A stretch of DNA of 64,000 nucleotides, taken from Marsupella aquatica. Lineage: Eukaryota; Plantae; Marchantiophyta. A program made the position numbers and the translations under genes. Positions 50,144-60,172 of this stretch are shown piece by piece. How positions within the stretch are numbered: position 1 is the first letter of the stretch; each line of letters starts with the position of its first letter. The DNA lies in contig OZ316898.1 of the NCBI GenBank assembly GCA_973895155.1, positions 15,778,330-15,842,329 of the forward strand. The letters are read 5' to 3'. The notes under the pieces were generated by a model that saw only the letters and a program-made list of their open reading frames with translations, was not told the DNA's origin and made no database searches.

Positions 50144-53100
50144 ATGGCGACATTGGAGAAGTTACATTTCCCAGCCCTACTAGTAGACGGCAGCAACTAC
50201 TTGACATGGGCCGTAGATGCGGAAACATACTTCGCATCGTTGGAGCTTGAAGATACATTAATCACAGACCAAAATCTGACTCTACAACAGAAGGCCAAGG
50301 CCGTGTTCCTTTTGCGCCAGCACTTGGTTCCCTCACTAAAATCCCAATACATGAACGAAGTCAATCCACGACTCCTGTGGGACAAGTTAAAGGCCCGATT
50401 CGACCATATGCGCGAAATATGGCTTCCTGAGGCTCGCCGCGATTGGTACAACCTACGAGTGATGGATCATACTTCCATTGCTAACTACAACAGCGCTCTA
50501 TTTAAAATTACCTCTCAACTAGAACTCTACGGCCATCCAGTCCCAGACGCAGATAAGATCGACAAGACACTGAGTACATTCCCCGAATCAAACATTGCAC
50601 TCGGTACACAGTACCGAAATATGCAATTCACCACATATTCAGATCTTATCGCACATTTACTTGTAGAAGAGAAGCAACAGGTGGTCGCCATGCAAAACGC
50701 CCGAAAAAGACCTGCGGGAACAGAACCACCACCACACAAACCAGAGATAAATTACTATCAGCGAGATAACATGGGACGAGGCCGACCAAGAGGCAGAGGC
50801 GGATACCAAGGCAGAGGTAGAAACCAATCCTACAGAGGTCGAGGATATCGACAATCATACAACACAAGAGGCAGGGGAGTAGGCGGTAGAGACAGGATGA
50901 GTGATAATGCATCGGACAACACCAAAGATGACAGGATGTGCTACCGATGCGGAAAAATAGGACACCTGAAGAAAAATTGTTGGGCATCGGACCAAACAGC
51001 CAGGAAACATACAGAATCAAGAGCTAGACTCAAACAAAACCCAGCAGGGAACTACATGGAGCTAGAAGAAGCAATAGCCACCTACAAAGACCCCGAACAA
51101 CCTCATGAAGTGGAGACCCACATAGTAACTCCAGCAAGAGGACCCTACACACTACAAGACCCCAATCTAGGCATAATTGACAGCAGTACGTCTCATACAA
51201 TACTAAAGGACAAGAAATATTTCCACTCAATTACCCCATCAGCCCGGCATATGACCACCATTTCAGGCACAAACCAGATTGAGGAGGGTAAAGGCACAGC
51301 CACGGTAATATTCCCAGGAGGCACTGCACTCGCCATCGAAGCAGCGATATTCGCCCCGCGAGCTACAAGGAACCTCATCAGCTTCCGAGACATAGTCGCA
51401 AATAAATATCAACTGCGCACAGTGAAAACAGACGAAGAAGATACCCTCCAAATCGTGGAGGTTACCGAACAAGGTATACATATTAAAGAAACCTTACCCC
51501 TTATACCACCAGGCCTCTACGCAACTCAAATTCAAGCTCACTATGTCACTGCAGACTTACCTGATATCACATACTTATGGCACTGTCGACTGGGACACCC
51601 CGGAGTAAATATGTACCGCAAAATTATTCATGACTCCCGTGGAATCCCCCAAGGAGTCAACCCATCAACAAAACAAAGGCAATGCCTGGCGTGCTCTCAG
51701 GGGAAGCTGATTACACGCCCACAAATACAGAAGACAATCTATGCCATCCCGAACTTCCTGGAACACCTGAACGCAGATGTATGCGGCCCGATCCACCCAC
51801 CAAGTGGACCGTTTAAGTATTTCCTGGCCATCATCGACTCTTCGACCAAATGGCTGCAAGTATCTCTACTCTCTACACGCAACTTGGTCTTCGCTAGGAT
51901 ACTGGCCAACATTCTAAAGCTTAAAGCACAATTCCCAGAACATCCAATTCGGAAACTGAGAGTGGATGGTGCAGGGGAATTCACCTCAAAAGCATTCGAT
52001 GAGTTTTGCTGGGCAGCGGGCATTGACACTGAATACTCAGTCCCATATGTCCATTTCCAAAATGGAATGGCAGAATCCGTTATCAAGCGTATACAGATGA
52101 TAACCAGACCCCTGTTAATGAATTCAAAGTTACCCCTATCCACATGGGGACACGCAGTCCTCCATGCTGCCACACTGCTTCAATACAGACCATCGGCGTT
52201 CAACACAAAGACTCCACACCACTTAGCGTTCGGACTACCTCCAGACCTGTCACACCTGCGGGTATTTGGATGCAAAGTCATGGTCCCAATACTGGGACCC
52301 AAGCGTACAAAAATCGGACCTCAAAGACAAGAAGGAATCTACATCGGAAATGACTCATCCTCGATCATTCGCTACCTGGAACCGACAACAGCCGATGTGT
52401 TTAAGGCCAGACATACAGATTGTCATTTTTACGAAGACACTTTTCCCACCCTAAGCATAGACAAACAAATGACAGGGGACTTGCACCCACACCAGATCAA
52501 CTGGAACAGCAGAAACTTACTCAACCAGGACCCGAGGACGAAACAAACGGATGCAGAAGTTAGACGATTACTCCACCTCCACGAGATGCTGGATAAGATC
52601 CCAGATGCATTTAATGATGCAGCAAATGTTACAAAATCCCACAACGAGGCAACCAATGTACCAGCCAGAGTACAAATGAATACTCCTCCAGCAACAGTAG
52701 CTGCCCCTAAGGCGAAAAGAGGTAGGCCACCAGGATCACATGATACCCAACCCCGCCAAAGACGCCCCAATCAGGTAATTCCTGAAACTACTTTTCACTT
52801 CATTAATAATGAATCCGAGACACCAGACATATCGGGTAATGAGGAGATGTCAATTCAGTATAAGCATACAGGACAAATTTACACGAGACAAAACACTACT
52901 GTCGACGAACAATTTGCTTACCATATAGCTCAAGAAATAACCAATGATACTTCGGACCCTTTAACAATCAAAGAAGCACAAACAAGGTCAGATTGGCCAC
53001 ACTGGAAAGAGGCCATTGACACAGAAATGGATGCACTAATCCGTCGACAAGTCTTCGGACCAGTCAAACAAGTTGATCCTAACAATGACTATACAGACAG

Positions 53101-54757
53101 CCGATTTACGTTCATTAAAAAGCGAAATGCAAAAGGTGATGTTATCAGATACAGAGCGCGGTTAGTAGCAAAAGGATACACCCAGATCCCAGGCAGGGAC
53201 TATGATCTAATATATTCACCAGTAATGGACGTGACGACATTCAGGTATTTAATTGCTTTCTCTCGCAAACACCAGTTATGCAATATCCTTATGGACGTAG
53301 TAACGGCATACCTATATGGAGTCTTAGACTCCGAAATTCATATGAAAGCACCAAAGGAATTACTCGAAAGAGTGGCAGAACACATTCAGGGGAAGCAATA
53401 CCCGAACCTGAGCAAGGATATGAAGTCGGGAATTGACCAGATTATCCCTAATGATGATTGTAAAGGCCTTGTGTTGAGCAGTGGCAACACACAGAAAGCA
53501 CCACTCCAGTACCCCGGAAAACGAAGGACTGGACAGCAGGCATTTGCTGTGCAAGTATTGAAATCCATAAACGGCCTGAAACAAAGCGGCCGTATATGGT
53601 ACCAGAAATTTAAAACCGAAATACAAGCACTCGGATTTATTACAGAAGACATAGCGCCCTGTATATTCATCAAAAGAGTAGACACAGAGTTCGTCGTGTT
53701 AGCGCTATATGTCGATGACATTAATCTCTTCGGTACACAACGACTATTACGACAAACAATCAACACAATGAAGGGCATTTTCGAGATGAAAGAACTGGGA
53801 GAACCGACTTACTGCCTCGGCCTTCAGTTCGATCACCTACAGACAGGCACATTCATTAGCCAGTCTACCTATACAAACAAAATCCTCCAACAATTCAATA
53901 TGCAAAAGGCATACCCGGTATCAACACCAATGGAGCTGAGATCCTTAGACACTGCGAAGGACATGTTCAGGCAAAGACAGGACAACGAACCAATACTAGA
54001 TTCAGATAAGCCATACTTATCGGCTATCGGAGCCCTCCTTTACCTGGCCAACAACACCCGACCGGATATATCCTTTGCAGTGAGCCTCCTCGCACGACAT
54101 AGCGCGCACCCGACAATACGCCACTGGAACGGCATAAAACGAGTATTCCGATACCTCCAAGGAACAATTGACATGGGACTATTCTTCCCCAACGAAAGCG
54201 AGGATGAACTTACAGGATACGCGGACGCTGGATACCTCTCAGACCCCCAAGATTCAAAGTCGCAGACAGGATACGTCTTCTTGCAGGGTAAAACCGCCAT
54301 ATCTTGGAGAAGCACGAAGCAGAGCCTAACCACAACGTCATCGAATCACGCCGAAGTAATTGCCCTCTATGAGGCATGCCGCGAAGCGATTTGGCTCCGT
54401 AGTATAATCACACATATACTCAAACAGACAGGAAAAACCTTACTCACAAATCCAACCACCATCTACGAGGACAATAGGGCATGCGTCGACCAGATAGTTA
54501 CAGGCTACATGAAGACCGATCGAACCAAGCACATAGACCCGAAATTTTTCTTTACGCACGAACACAGCGGAAAGCAAATACAAGTAAAGTGGATAAGCTC
54601 ACAAGACAATTGCGCCGACCTCTTCACCAAGCCGCTACCAGCGACTACACATCGAAAGCACGTCAGCGCCATTGGAATGCATCGTCTCTCCTCCCTAACC
54701 TCCTCGACTAACGACAACTCCCGACACGAACACACAGCCAACGCAAAATCGAAGTAG
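50144..54757 (+). CDS. Copia Gag-Pol polyprotein (1537 aa)
   Basis: Zinc knuckle CYRCGKIGHLKKNC; protease IIDSSTSHT; integrase WHCRLGH..CLAC with D-D-E (ADVCGP, VDGAGEF, NGMAES); RT YRARLVAKGY, GLKQSGRIWY, YVDD; RNase H GYADAGY..SSNHAE..YEDN..ADLFTK. Confidence 0.97.
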   Translation: MATLEKLHFPALLVDGSNYLTWAVDAETYFASLELEDTLITDQNLTLQQKAKAVFLLRQHLVPSLKSQYMNEVNPRLLWDKLKARFDHMREIWLPEARRDWYNLRVMDHTSIANYNSALFKITSQLELYGHPVPDADKIDKTLSTFPESNIALGTQYRNMQFTTYSDLIAHLLVEEKQQVVAMQNARKRPAGTEPPPHKPEINYYQRDNMGRGRPRGRGGYQGRGRNQSYRGRGYRQSYNTRGRGVGGRDRMSDNASDNTKDDRMCYRCGKIGHLKKNCWASDQTARKHTESRARLKQNPAGNYMELEEAIATYKDPEQPHEVETHIVTPARGPYTLQDPNLGIIDSSTSHTILKDKKYFHSITPSARHMTTISGTNQIEEGKGTATVIFPGGTALAIEAAIFAPRATRNLISFRDIVANKYQLRTVKTDEEDTLQIVEVTEQGIHIKETLPLIPPGLYATQIQAHYVTADLPDITYLWHCRLGHPGVNMYRKIIHDSRGIPQGVNPSTKQRQCLACSQGKLITRPQIQKTIYAIPNFLEHLNADVCGPIHPPSGPFKYFLAIIDSSTKWLQVSLLSTRNLVFARILANILKLKAQFPEHPIRKLRVDGAGEFTSKAFDEFCWAAGIDTEYSVPYVHFQNGMAESVIKRIQMITRPLLMNSKLPLSTWGHAVLHAATLLQYRPSAFNTKTPHHLAFGLPPDLSHLRVFGCKVMVPILGPKRTKIGPQRQEGIYIGNDSSSIIRYLEPTTADVFKARHTDCHFYEDTFPTLSIDKQMTGDLHPHQINWNSRNLLNQDPRTKQTDAEVRRLLHLHEMLDKIPDAFNDAANVTKSHNEATNVPARVQMNTPPATVAAPKAKRGRPPGSHDTQPRQRRPNQVIPETTFHFINNESETPDISGNEEMSIQYKHTGQIYTRQNTTVDEQFAYHIAQEITNDTSDPLTIKEAQTRSDWPHWKEAIDTEMDALIRRQVFGPVKQVDPNNDYTDSRFTFIKKRNAKGDVIRYRARLVAKGYTQIPGRDYDLIYSPVMDVTTFRYLIAFSRKHQLCNILMDVVTAYLYGVLDSEIHMKAPKELLERVAEHIQGKQYPNLSKDMKSGIDQIIPNDDCKGLVLSSGNTQKAPLQYPGKRRTGQQAFAVQVLKSINGLKQSGRIWYQKFKTEIQALGFITEDIAPCIFIKRVDTEFVVLALYVDDINLFGTQRLLRQTINTMKGIFEMKELGEPTYCLGLQFDHLQTGTFISQSTYTNKILQQFNMQKAYPVSTPMELRSLDTAKDMFRQRQDNEPILDSDKPYLSAIGALLYLANNTRPDISFAVSLLARHSAHPTIRHWNGIKRVFRYLQGTIDMGLFFPNESEDELTGYADAGYLSDPQDSKSQTGYVFLQGKTAISWRSTKQSLTTTSSNHAEVIALYEACREAIWLRSIITHILKQTGKTLLTNPTTIYEDNRACVDQIVTGYMKTDRTKHIDPKFFFTHEHSGKQIQVKWISSQDNCADLFTKPLPATTHRKHVSAIGMHRLSSLTSSTNDNSRHEHTANAKSK

Positions 54758-55096
54758 AACCTCGACAAACTACTAAATCGTAGTATCTAACGAACAGTTT
54801 ACAGAGAGACACATGTTCCCCCGTCATGAATACAATACTACCCCGACTAGAGTAACAAATAAACGCTTACTTACTCTTAGCCCACTGGCTTAGACAGTAA
54901 TAGGTTACTTTTAGACTTAGAGCATACACATTAGAGACTTTCTGAATTAGGGACCACAAATTGTAATGATGGTAGTACTCTTCCTTGAGAGGAAAGCAGC
55001 AAGGTTTGATGAGGCTACATCATAAGTGACTCCCACTTTTAAACTAGGGTTAAATGTGTGGTTCCTTGACACCCCGTCCAAGTAACCAAGGGGAAG

Positions 55097-55243
55097 TGTT
55101 ATAACCCATAATATGACTTAACCCTAGTATAGGATAGGTTAACATTAACCCAACCATGTTAACCCTTCTGGACTATATAAGTCCTTGGCATAATGGAAGT
55201 GAGTGGGGATTATTGACTACTATCATCTTGTGTATTCATAACA
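55097..55243 (+). repeat. Normal 147-bp 3' LTR with TATATAA box
   Basis: TGTTATAACC...TTCATAACA immediately after the PPT. Confidence 0.95.
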
Positions 55244-57759
55244 GTCACTAACATTATTGGGTTTTTGTTGCCGCGACATGACCCGACTCCTGAGCTCCAA
55301 TTTGCAGGAAATTCACGATTGCCTGTGGGTTTCATGCAAACTATTTTGGAATTGGTGACTCTTCCTAGAGATATCATTATGGACTGGACAGTAGGTTCCG
55401 GTAGTACGTTTGTGGCTGGAGATTATTCTGGTCACTTTGTTGTTGGGCTGGAAAATCGGCTAGAGTTTGTTGACACTTCCGATAAGGTCTTCCTCGATCT
55501 TTTACAGAACAAAGAAGTGGTTGCACCAACTCCTCCTAAGAAGATTCCTGGAAGTAAGAAGCAGGACAGGCTCCGTGCTATTCTAAATTTTGATTCGGAA
55601 GACGAGGATGAGGGTGGCTATGCTTCTCAGCAATCTAAAGATGATGAGGTGTCGAAGAATGTGGTGGACCTTGGATCTGGAGATGAGGACAGTGAAGAGT
55701 CAGAAGAGTAATTTTCTTTAGCTTTCTTTCTCTCATTGTATACTTTTTTCCAAAGAACTCCTCTACTCCCTTTTCTCTAGAAAATTTGCCCGATTTCCCA
55801 ACTTCGACGAAAGAACTCCACTTCAAATTCTCAGGTCAGAGTGGAATCTTCGGAGGCATTTTCAACTTTGAAGGAACGTCTCTAGGAACGTTGTACAGAC
55901 CCCGGAGAAGCCATTTGTTCTCCCCTCTTATGCTGAAAAGGCGGCACGACGGGCAGATTCAGTCAGGACGCTTACTTGGGAGAGTAAGGGTCTTAGACTC
56001 AGGAGAGGCTCAGATAGAAAGTTTGTGCAGAATCACTTTGTAGATGATATTGCAAAATCCAAGTATGTGGACGACAAAGCAGAGTCCACTGATAGATGAG
56101 AAAGTAGCGGTTTAGAATCAGGCTCAGAGTCGAGTGGTAGTTGTGGATCTGGTCTTTAGTTTTCCTTGTTTTATTTACCCGTTTATGGAGAATGACGACA
56201 CTCAATAAGAACGCCGTGACGTGTCGGATTAGAGTAGCGCCCGACGCTATTACTGTAGCCGGTAGTTCAAAGAGGTTTTTATTTGGTTGTTTTCCTTATA
56301 GCGCCCGGCGCTAGTATAAATGTACTCAATGGCCGCTTCACGTCCAATATATGTGACAATATTTTCATACCCTTCGGTGTCTTTTTTTGGGTGCACATTT
56401 GCTGGTATGAGTTTTGTTGTTTGTTGTTTGTTGTTTACTGTTTGCTGTTTGCTGTTTGCTGTCACGGAGAGATCCCCCTTATTGAATGAGGTGTGATTGT
56501 ATCAGACTATGAATGGCGAGGTTATTCTCCCCTCATAAGGTGGAATATCATGTTTGTAGTGGGGTGGTCTTTGTATGATTGCCCAAACCCTAAACCCTAG
56601 TTGGAAATGAAAAGTAGAACTCAAGACCGTTAGTAATTTTTGCCAACCAAACTGCTCGGCCATTTTTGGCTAGCGAGGCAAGTTATTACTAGCAAAGGGC
56701 CCATTTTGCCAAAAACAAACCTTCTTACAGCAAATAAAATCCTGTTACGAGCATTTTTTTCCTATTTCCTCGCATGGTAGTCATACCCTTTGCTGAGCAC
56801 TTTATCTCATAGTCTAGTTTCAGACTTTAGCATTACTTTTTACTTTTACACTTAGGTTAGGAATTGAAGAGGCATACCTCTTCAACTTTTGTTTAGAGGA
56901 AATTTGTCCCTAAGTATAAGAGGGAAAGTTTCCACCATTTTACTCAGACTTGCATTTCACTTTTGAAAGTCTCCTTCTTTGAAAAGAAGTAATAGATTCA
57001 CATTTATCTTTGGTAATCTATGACTTGTGTTTGGAATTTAGTGCGTGACCACACTTGCTAGAAACTGTTTGATGTGACTAGCAATGCCATACCAATATTC
57101 AGATTGATTGGAAGCGCATGCTTGAGTTCATGCAAAGATCTGAATTGACTTGAGTGTTTGAAATACTTATCAAGTATTTTTGGAAGATGCACCAGACGAG
57201 AACTCACAATTACCATAGATCCAGAAGAGCAATCTGGAGAGTGATTAAAAGAGGAAGCTTGTTCGGAGTGATGAGTACCGCCTTGCTTTGACTTGGCCAT
57301 AAAGTTAATACGGGCTTACTTCCATATATTTTTTACAAATTCTTAGATGGTTGGCTTTAAAGATTAGCTTTAGGCATCAGCCTAATTTAGTCAGACTCTC
57401 TGTTGACTCTTAATCGTGCCTAACTTAGTCATAGATTACTAAGTGGCGAGAGGAGATGAGACATTTAAGGCTCGCCTAATTCTATCTTTACGCCTCCGGC
57501 TTTTGGTTGTTTTCTTATATTTTTAGAATTTATTATTGCACTGTTGATGATACAAACATCACAATACCTAAGGATGTATTAAAAACTCCTTCCACTAGAC
57601 CTAAGCATGTCGGTAAAGGCTTAAAATATGAGATGGGTTAGCTTAACTATCTCAAAGTATGTTAATACAATCTTTTAGGTCTCACGAACTCTTAACGGGA
57701 ACAAATTCTGGTTGTTTAAGAGGAAAGTAGTTCATCTTTCCCTAAACCCTACTCTACAC

Positions 57760-59168
57760 ACATTGAAGTCATCATCGAGTGGTACGCCCGTTTTGACCGT
57801 TGAAGCCTCCCTCGTATCAACGAGCCCAAGTTGACCTCATCGCGATGGGTATTCCCGGCCCAGGAGAGGCGACCTCAGCCTAAGGCCCAAAGTCTGGCAG
57901 CCGTAAGACCTACTACCCCAGCCCCGCAACTAGCCGCTGCCACCCCTCTGAATGTACCCAAAGACATGGTTACTGCGACCCTGGACGCAATCAACCGGGT
58001 CACCGCGATTGAAGCTAGGCTAGCAGAGGCTGGACCCGAGCTTGAGACTATAGTGGCAGAGGAGATCCCACCACCCTCCACGGCTATTCAGGAGAACCGC
58101 CCAGCCTCAGTGAACCCAGCCCCCTCTACCGTTAAACTGCAAGGGCTGGATGTCTCCACTCCAACTCCCGCGCGGGCTGAGGTCTGTCCTTGCTTGAATT
58201 TGGAGGGGCATAGTCTGGACTACCCGGAACTCTTTGCACCGGGCACGTTTTTGAATGGGTTGCTGGGAGACTTCTCTCAACCAATTGCATGGGATATCGG
58301 GGAGTACATGGCACAAAAGGTGGCCTACTTCTTCAACCAGGAGTTGGTTGCGGCCGTGCAAGCAAGGCATGAGCAGGCTGAGGCTACACGAAGAATAGAG
58401 CGGTATCGGGTTGAGTTTGCCCACCTGAAAGACAAAGTGGCAGCCTGAGAGACCAAACTCCAAATGCTGCAACCTCAGGTCGTGGCCACTGAAGATCGGG
58501 TGGCCAAAGCTAGGGCCCAGGCATCCTTGGTAGAGCAGGCCGAAGTTGGGAAGGACACCAAGATTGCACGGCTCCGAACCCAGATTGACGGTTTGAAGGG
58601 ACAAGTCATCATCTGGCAAAAGAATGTAGAGGAGGCTAACGCTTGGGCTCAGCGAGACACAGCCGAGATAGACGCCTTGAAGGCAGAAGTGGCAGAGTTT
58701 AGAATCTGGGATAGCTTAGATTCAAGCACGTGGTCTGTCTGGACCCTGGCTCTTAGTATTTAGAGCACCCCTCGGTAGAGGCAGGGAGGATTTTGGTTTT
58801 AGAACCGGGTATCCACAGGGTGTGCAAGGAGTCCTGGCCTTTGTGAGTAAAAGAACACCACGGAGGGAGGGTACAACTAAGCTCACTAGGCAAGTGTAGA
58901 GTCGGCTCTGTTGTAGTGTACCCGCTTTGCCGTTGGGCCTATTTACTCAAGAGATGTCAAGTCAACCGTGTATATGCGTATGACGGATTCTGAAGTAAAG
59001 TCTTTTCCCACCATTTCCTTTGTGTAAACCGAGATTGTATGTGTGTGAGTTCAGTTGCCTGTATGAGTCTTGTATACGGGTAGAAAATGCTTGGCCAAAC
59101 GCATCATCCAAGCCGTGCACGGGGTGTAGGCTACGGATAGTGGTTGCAAACCCTGGTTGGACACCCAT
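57760..59168 (+). mobile_element. Fragment of the TE family at 33700-39200 (ORFs 57831-58448 and 58464-58763)
   Basis: IEVIIEWYARF, KVAYFFNQELVAAV and KIARLRTQIDGLKGQV match ~37050-38120 on the minus strand. Confidence 0.65.
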
Positions 59169-60172
59169 TGTCGTCGGGAAAAATGTTTGACGATTGAAGT
59201 GGAGTGTGTTGGATCTAGTCGACTTTCTTTTGTCCGGCTCGAAATGATAAAGTTCTCTGTTTGTGAAGGAGAAAAAATAGAGCAAACTGAACTTTAAAAG
59301 AAAAATAATGGGACAAAAGAGGAATAAAAGGGTGAAAGTTGGAGCTTAGGCATAAGGATTTTGAGGCATTTAATGTGGCGGTGACACGTGGTGGCCTGGG
59401 AGGATTCGAATTTGATAAGGACATAGTGTCATTGCGGTTGAGAGTGGAGGTTAGAGAGGGAATCAGAAGCCATGCGCGCGTTGTAGGTTCGAGTGGAGAA
59501 AAAGAGGAAGGAAGCCGAGTGGTCAAGCATCGAGATGGTCTTTGTCCAACTTATCCTTTAGCAATGAGGCTACAATGGGTCTTAGATGTTGTCTATATGC
59601 CGAGAGGGGTTAGAGATTTAAAGTTTTTGGTTTTGTCGAGAGAAGAGTTGTCATCTTATGTCGAGGGTCGAGCATTACCATCAAATAAGATTGAGTTTAT
59701 TTGTAGGTTTATTTTGGAGGATATGATAGCGAGGCACGGGTGTTTTGATCAGTTGAGAGCTGACAAAACTCAATACGGAGGAAGCCGATCTTTTTTTTAG
59801 GAAGTTCCATATTAGATTGAGTCTTACTTGTGCGTACAACCCGGAGGGAAACGGGAAGAGTGAGAGAGAGGGCACCCACCGATTGTTAATGCACTAGTCA
59901 AGTCATGTCGAGGGAGATTCAGAGAGTGGCCAGACTATTTACCACTCGCTTTGATGGTGGACAGACTGACGTGCAGTTTAGTCATAGGATATGCGCCAGC
60001 TGAGTTGATGATGGGACATCTGCCCTTGATGCCGATAGAGGAGGACGTGAAGAGCTGGAGAACGATTGGATGGAGGGACCATGTCAGCCGTGAAGAGTTG
60101 CTTGCTACCAGGATCGACCATTTGAATCAGACACCTGAGAAGATTCAAGAGGCGTTAGAGAAAATGAGGGTG
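59169..60172 (+). mobile_element. Ginger-like element copy 3 with gypsy-type integrase DDE remnant, truncated by a CACTA element
   Basis: Starts CCAT|TGTCGTCGGGAAAAA. WVLDVVYMP...REELSSYVEGRAL...LRADK...AYNPEGNGKSER.GHPPIVNALVK...WPDYLPLAL (frameshifted). Confidence 0.75.

Larger units (their letters stand above)
49411..55243 (+). mobile_element. Ty1/copia LTR retrotransposon, Bianca-like, with intact ORF
   Basis: TSD GTCAC (49406-49410 and 55244-55248); TG...CA ends; PBS CGTTATCAGCGCGAC at 49598; PPT AAGGGGAAG at 55088-55096. Confidence 0.96.
46111..56099 (+). pseudogene. ParB/Srx-like + N4/N6 methyltransferase-like fusion gene, copy 2 (copia inserted in exon 4)
   Basis: Exons ~46111-46823, 46951-48284, 48419-49140, 49303-49410 plus 55249-55707, and 55835-56099. 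Motifs: FCVFDGNHRLY (46675), DVGFIYIPTGL (48874), FLADDGLLAIL, LELVTLPRDIIMDWTVGSGSTFVA...GHFVVGLEN (55382). Confidence 0.82.
43925..56478 (+). mobile_element. Second MULE-family element (left end and transposase not seen) carrying ParB/MTase-like gene copy 2
   Basis: Palindromes at about 43948, 44013, 44077, 45307, 45384, 45573, 45709, 46912, 48363, 49164, 49237, 56235 and 56299. Right terminus (TTTGCTG)n-TCACGGAGAGATCCCCC resembles 12781-12817. Confidence 0.7.
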
